DNA from: Lama glama
Lineage: Eukaryota
DNA: 64,000 bases
Direction of reading: 5' to 3'
Assembly (NCBI GenBank): GCA_028534125.1
Contig: CM052817.1
Span: 71,612,001-71,676,000 of the forward strand
Part shown: positions 60,203 through 64,000 of the stretch, in pieces
Layout: each line of letters opens with the position of its first letter
Position numbering within the stretch: the stretch's first letter is position 1
Position numbers and translations under genes: made by a program
Notes under the pieces: model-generated
The model's database searches: none
What the model saw: the letters and a program-made list of their open reading frames with translations, nothing else
What the model was told of the DNA's origin: nothing

Positions 60203-60410
60203 ACCACTTACTAGTGAGTGACATTAGGCAAGTTTTTTAATCCCTTTAGGCTTCATTTTCCTGAATTAGAAAGTGGGATAATGTCAATATTAGTCCTATC
60301 ATGTGAGGTTCTTGTGAAGATTAAATGAGATAAGAAAAAGGTGCACTTAGCATATTCTTTTGGATGTGCTTGGAAAGGGTGAAATGCTCAATAATTGTAG
60401 GTATTATTAC
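60203..60410 (+). mobile_element. MIR SINE (3' part; its 5' part appears split by the two MaLR LTRs)
   Basis: ccacttactagtgagtgacattaggcaag...gttcttgtgaagattaaatgagataa. Confidence 0.85.
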
Positions 60411-61407
60411 TGTAAATAATATTAGAGATTTCCTCAGGTAGAAGGAACTATAGGGATCCAGTTAACCCTCTTTTTATAAATAAGAGACCAGAGACCCAGA
60501 GTGGATAAGTGACTGTTAGACGGAATAACCCAGGTGTGAGAATTCACTGTGTCAGCCCGCCTTCCTCTATACTGTGTTGACTTTCACAGTCTCTTAAAAA
60601 TACATACACTCTTTTATGTATATCTATGGACTGTGGAAAAATTCCGGATCCGTTAATGGACTGGAAGATTAGAAGTGCTTTGGGCAGAGCCTCTCCATCA
60701 GTAGGTTAGTGGTTGTGAGGTGGGGACGGGAACCCACAGAGAAGAAACCAGATGAGCCGTTGACAGTGAGGAAGAGATGAGAAGAAAAACGAGCTGTGTG
60801 GGATGTGGCAGCTGGCACCAACACTCAAGAACAAGGAGTCGCCTGGGCTGACAGGTGTGTATGAGCTGAATACAGAATCTACTAGAGGAAAAGGAGCTAT
60901 ACCAGTGTCCACAGCTGCTCTTCTCACACACAGGATCCATTCACAGCTTATTTCCTGAACTAATGATCTCAGCAGGGACGTGGTCTCTCTGCTGGGAATG
61001 ACACTTTCAACAGTTCCTTGGCCATGTTAGTTGCATGAACTCTTTCAGTATCCTAAAATCATGCTGACATTCAGGAAAATATTGCTTACTAAGTTTTCTT
61101 TGGTTAGAAACCTTTGCATGAATGTAGTAAATTCTCTCAGTATGAAGGCAGCCTGATTCAGTGAAAAGAATACAAAGTTTAACATATCAAGAAACCTAGG
61201 TTTTATTGTCACTAACCAGCTGGATGGCCTCACAGTAATGCCTTAACCCTTGGTTTCCTTATTCATAGAATTTAGTAACTGAGTAAGCAAAGAAGATTCA
61301 AAAGAGAGAGTTTCAATTTGAACAACTGCAAGAATAATAATACCTCTAATCGAAGTATAAAAGTCAGAAGGAAAAATAGTCTTTGTAAAAGAAAATTGCT
61401 TACTTTT

Positions 61408-61831
61408 TTAAAAATTATTTTTTAATTGAAGTGTAGTCAGTTTATAATGCTGTGTTAATTTCTGGTGTACAGCACAGTGATTCAGTTACACATATATGTA
61501 TCTTTTTCATATTCTTTTTCATTATAGACTATTACAAGGTATTGAACATAGTTCCCTGTGCCATGCAGTAGGACCTTGCTGTTTATCTATTTTATAGATA
61601 GTAGTTAGTATCTGCAAATTCCGAACTCCCGATTTATCCCTCCATCCTCCCCTTCCCCCACCCTCCCACCCCGGTAACCACAGGTTTGTTTCCTATGTCT
61701 GTGAGTCTGTTTCTGTTTTGTAAATAAGTTCATTTGTGTCATTTTTTAGATTCCACATATGAGTGATATCATATGGTATTTTTCTTTCTCTTTCTCTTTC
61801 TTATTTCACTTAGAATGACAGTCTCCAGGTC
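61408..61831 (-). mobile_element. L1 3' UTR insertion within an L2
   Basis: aattgaagtgtagtcagtttataatgctgtgttaatttctggtgtacagc...tagattccacatatgagtgatatc. Approximate TSD cttactttt / cttgctttt. Confidence 0.92.
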
Positions 61832-61840
61832 CTTGCTTTT

Positions 61841-62640
61841 AAACATGTCGAGTTTGAGGATGATAGTGGAGCATGTGATTAGAAATGTCTAGAAATCAGC
61901 TGGCAATCTACAAGTGGAGTTCAGTAGCAAAGTTAAGGCAAAGAATGTCAAAGTTAGGACCACTAGTTAGATACTTGACATCATTAGACTGGATGATAAT
62001 GCTGATGATAAATATGTAGACACAAAAATAACTAGACGGCTAACAGACTATATTTGGGAAGAAGAGTAGAATTACAGAAAGAGAGATCAGAGGGGAGTCA
62101 CGACAGTGCAGTGCCACGGATATAAACGTGCATATCTTTGTGGTCGGGCAGTGATGTGTGAAGCTGCAGGTGAGGACCAAGTGAATTTCTGAGTGCCTGA
62201 AATGAATAAATACAACTTTTGCTAAAAGAAAGAAAGAAAGAAAGAAAACCCTTTGAGCCTAATTAGGCACTGAGCAGGCACCAGCTTCTAACTCTTGGCA
62301 TCAAGTGAAGAGGAAAACTTGGAAACAAAATGTCAGTTACAGCAGAAAATCTAAAGCATGACACAAGTAAAAGTCTATTGGATTTCATCCTTGAGGAATT
62401 TTGTGTGGCCTTTGACAGTGCTGATTCCTCAGTGGAGTGGAATGGTTTGAAGCCAGCTTGTTAGGAACCCAGGGAAAGGTGGCTGACGAGGAAGTACAGA
62501 GAAACCCCAGGAGTTCAGGAGTGAGAAGGAAAGACTTGGTATGGTTGGGACCAGAGGGTAAGGGAAGAGAAACCCGTCGTTATGGAGGCAGAGGGAAGTG
62601 AGCCCATTCTGAGAAAGTGGTTGAGATCAGATCACAGAGC
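61841..62640 (-). mobile_element. L2 fragments
   Basis: aaacatgtcgagtttgagg...gaaatgtctagaaatcagctgg...gtggaatggtttgaagccag. Confidence 0.65.
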
Positions 62641-63544
62641 TCTTGTAATCAAGTGGACCAAAGCTTTGAAATGTATTAAAACGGTGTTTATTCTTTAAAT
62701 ATTTACTCATTTGGCAGGATGATTAGCTTAGAAGCAAACTGTTAAAAACAATCTCTCTGTTTCTAGAATTTATCTGTGGCATTTTAAAATAAAGGTAGCC
62801 TCTATTAGACTAATTTATAAGTGTGCTGATGTTAAAAGGTGTGAGATTATTTTATTAATTTAAATGAGTGTGTTCCCCCCACCCCCAAGCAATTTTTCTT
62901 TCTGTTCAGCTAGTTTTAACAACCCTCAAGGAACCTTGTTTTTCTCAGTAGCTGCCTCTGATGCTGGCACTCAGTGACTCCTTCCCAACCTTTTGTATCC
63001 AACCTTTATGAGAAGAGGGAGCTAACAAACTAATTAGGCTGGTAGCTTAAGAAAATACAAATCGCAGTACACACCCCCACCAAAAAGGCTTACATGTGCA
63101 AAAACTGAGTGCATCCCAAACTGCTAGCTTCAGACTTCGTGTCACACATGGAAAACTGGTTTTGTTTTGCTTTGTTTTGTACTTTGGCATACTATAGAGA
63201 AGTTAGACATGTTGGTGGAATAAAAGCTATTCCATTTGGAATGATGAGCTCTTCACTGGAAAATTTATGTGTGAGAAGGTTTGGAGATAACAGTCATTTG
63301 TCATTAATGGAAATATACAAATTGGCAAAATAGTAAAATCTGCTTTAGCTGTTGAAATTTGGAGGGGTGGCTTTAAAAAGAGTTAACTTTTTGTGCTATA
63401 TAAAGGAAAAAACCACATGTATTAATAGTTGGATTGTAAAATATATTTTCTGAATAGCTCCTGTTGAATTATCTTTGCTGAACCTGACTATCACCTCAGT
63501 GGGGTTGTGGCTGTCAGTGCCAGAAGAGCTGCCAAAGAGAAGCT

Positions 63545-63720
63545 GCAGTATTTTTCAATCGGTTGGCCACCTGCATCAGAATAACCTAAGCGTGTGTTTT
63601 AAAAATGCAGATTCCAAGAATTCACCCCAGATCTATTGAATCTCTGTGGGCAAGTTTTGAGAATTTACTATTTTAATAAGCTCCCAGGGGATTCTTATGA
63701 AAATTAACATTTGAGAAGTA
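63545..63720. mobile_element. MER5-like MITE
   Basis: cacctgcatcagaataacct...aaaatgcagattcc...taataagctcccaggggattcttatg...tttgagaa. Confidence 0.8.
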
Positions 63721-63789
63721 GATTTCAAAACACATGACCACATTTAGATTCAGTACTACTCAGAGGGAGTGAAAATCTGCATATTCTTT

Positions 63790-64000
63790 ATGATGTGCCA
63801 ATATTTTCTTGTAACTTTTTTCACCAGAATTAAAAAGGTGCACATCTTTTGACATAGCAATTCTATTTCTAGGAATTTATCTCAAGGAATAATTGAGCAA
63901 ATGTGCAAAGATTTCTGTAAACTATCAATTACAAAATTGGCTGTATTAGCAGAAAAGTTTTAATTTAAATGCTTATCAAGATATTTTGATTAGATAAACT
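63790..64000 (+). mobile_element. Ancient L1 (L1MC/ME-type) 3' fragment
   Basis: ttttgacatagcaattctatttctaggaatttatctcaaggaataattgagcaaatgtgcaaag. Confidence 0.75.

Overview
Mammalian genomic DNA that is AT-rich and CpG-depleted, with a 500-N scaffold gap at 14795-15294. A tRNA-derived SINE matching the camelid vic-1 family (13114-13220, perfect 13-bp TSD) points to Camelidae (alpaca, vicuna or camel). I recognise no protein-coding exon, rRNA, tRNA or snoRNA, so the window looks intronic or intergenic. It is dominated by interspersed repeats: many LINE-1 pieces of different ages, L2, MIR, MaLR/ERVL solo LTRs and hAT MITEs. The ORF track is explained by decayed L1/LTR sequence, N runs or chance. 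I found no convincing new biological system. The most interesting observations are an ORF1-only (HAL1-like) L1, a complex tandem duplication with a repeated TTAT junction tag next to a hairpin, a CpG-rich L1 5' UTR running into the gap, a minus-strand bias of LTRs suggesting a plus-strand host transcript, and a few candidate exons and enhancer-like unique segments. Repeat subfamily names come from memory of consensus sequences, and boundaries without TSDs are approximate.
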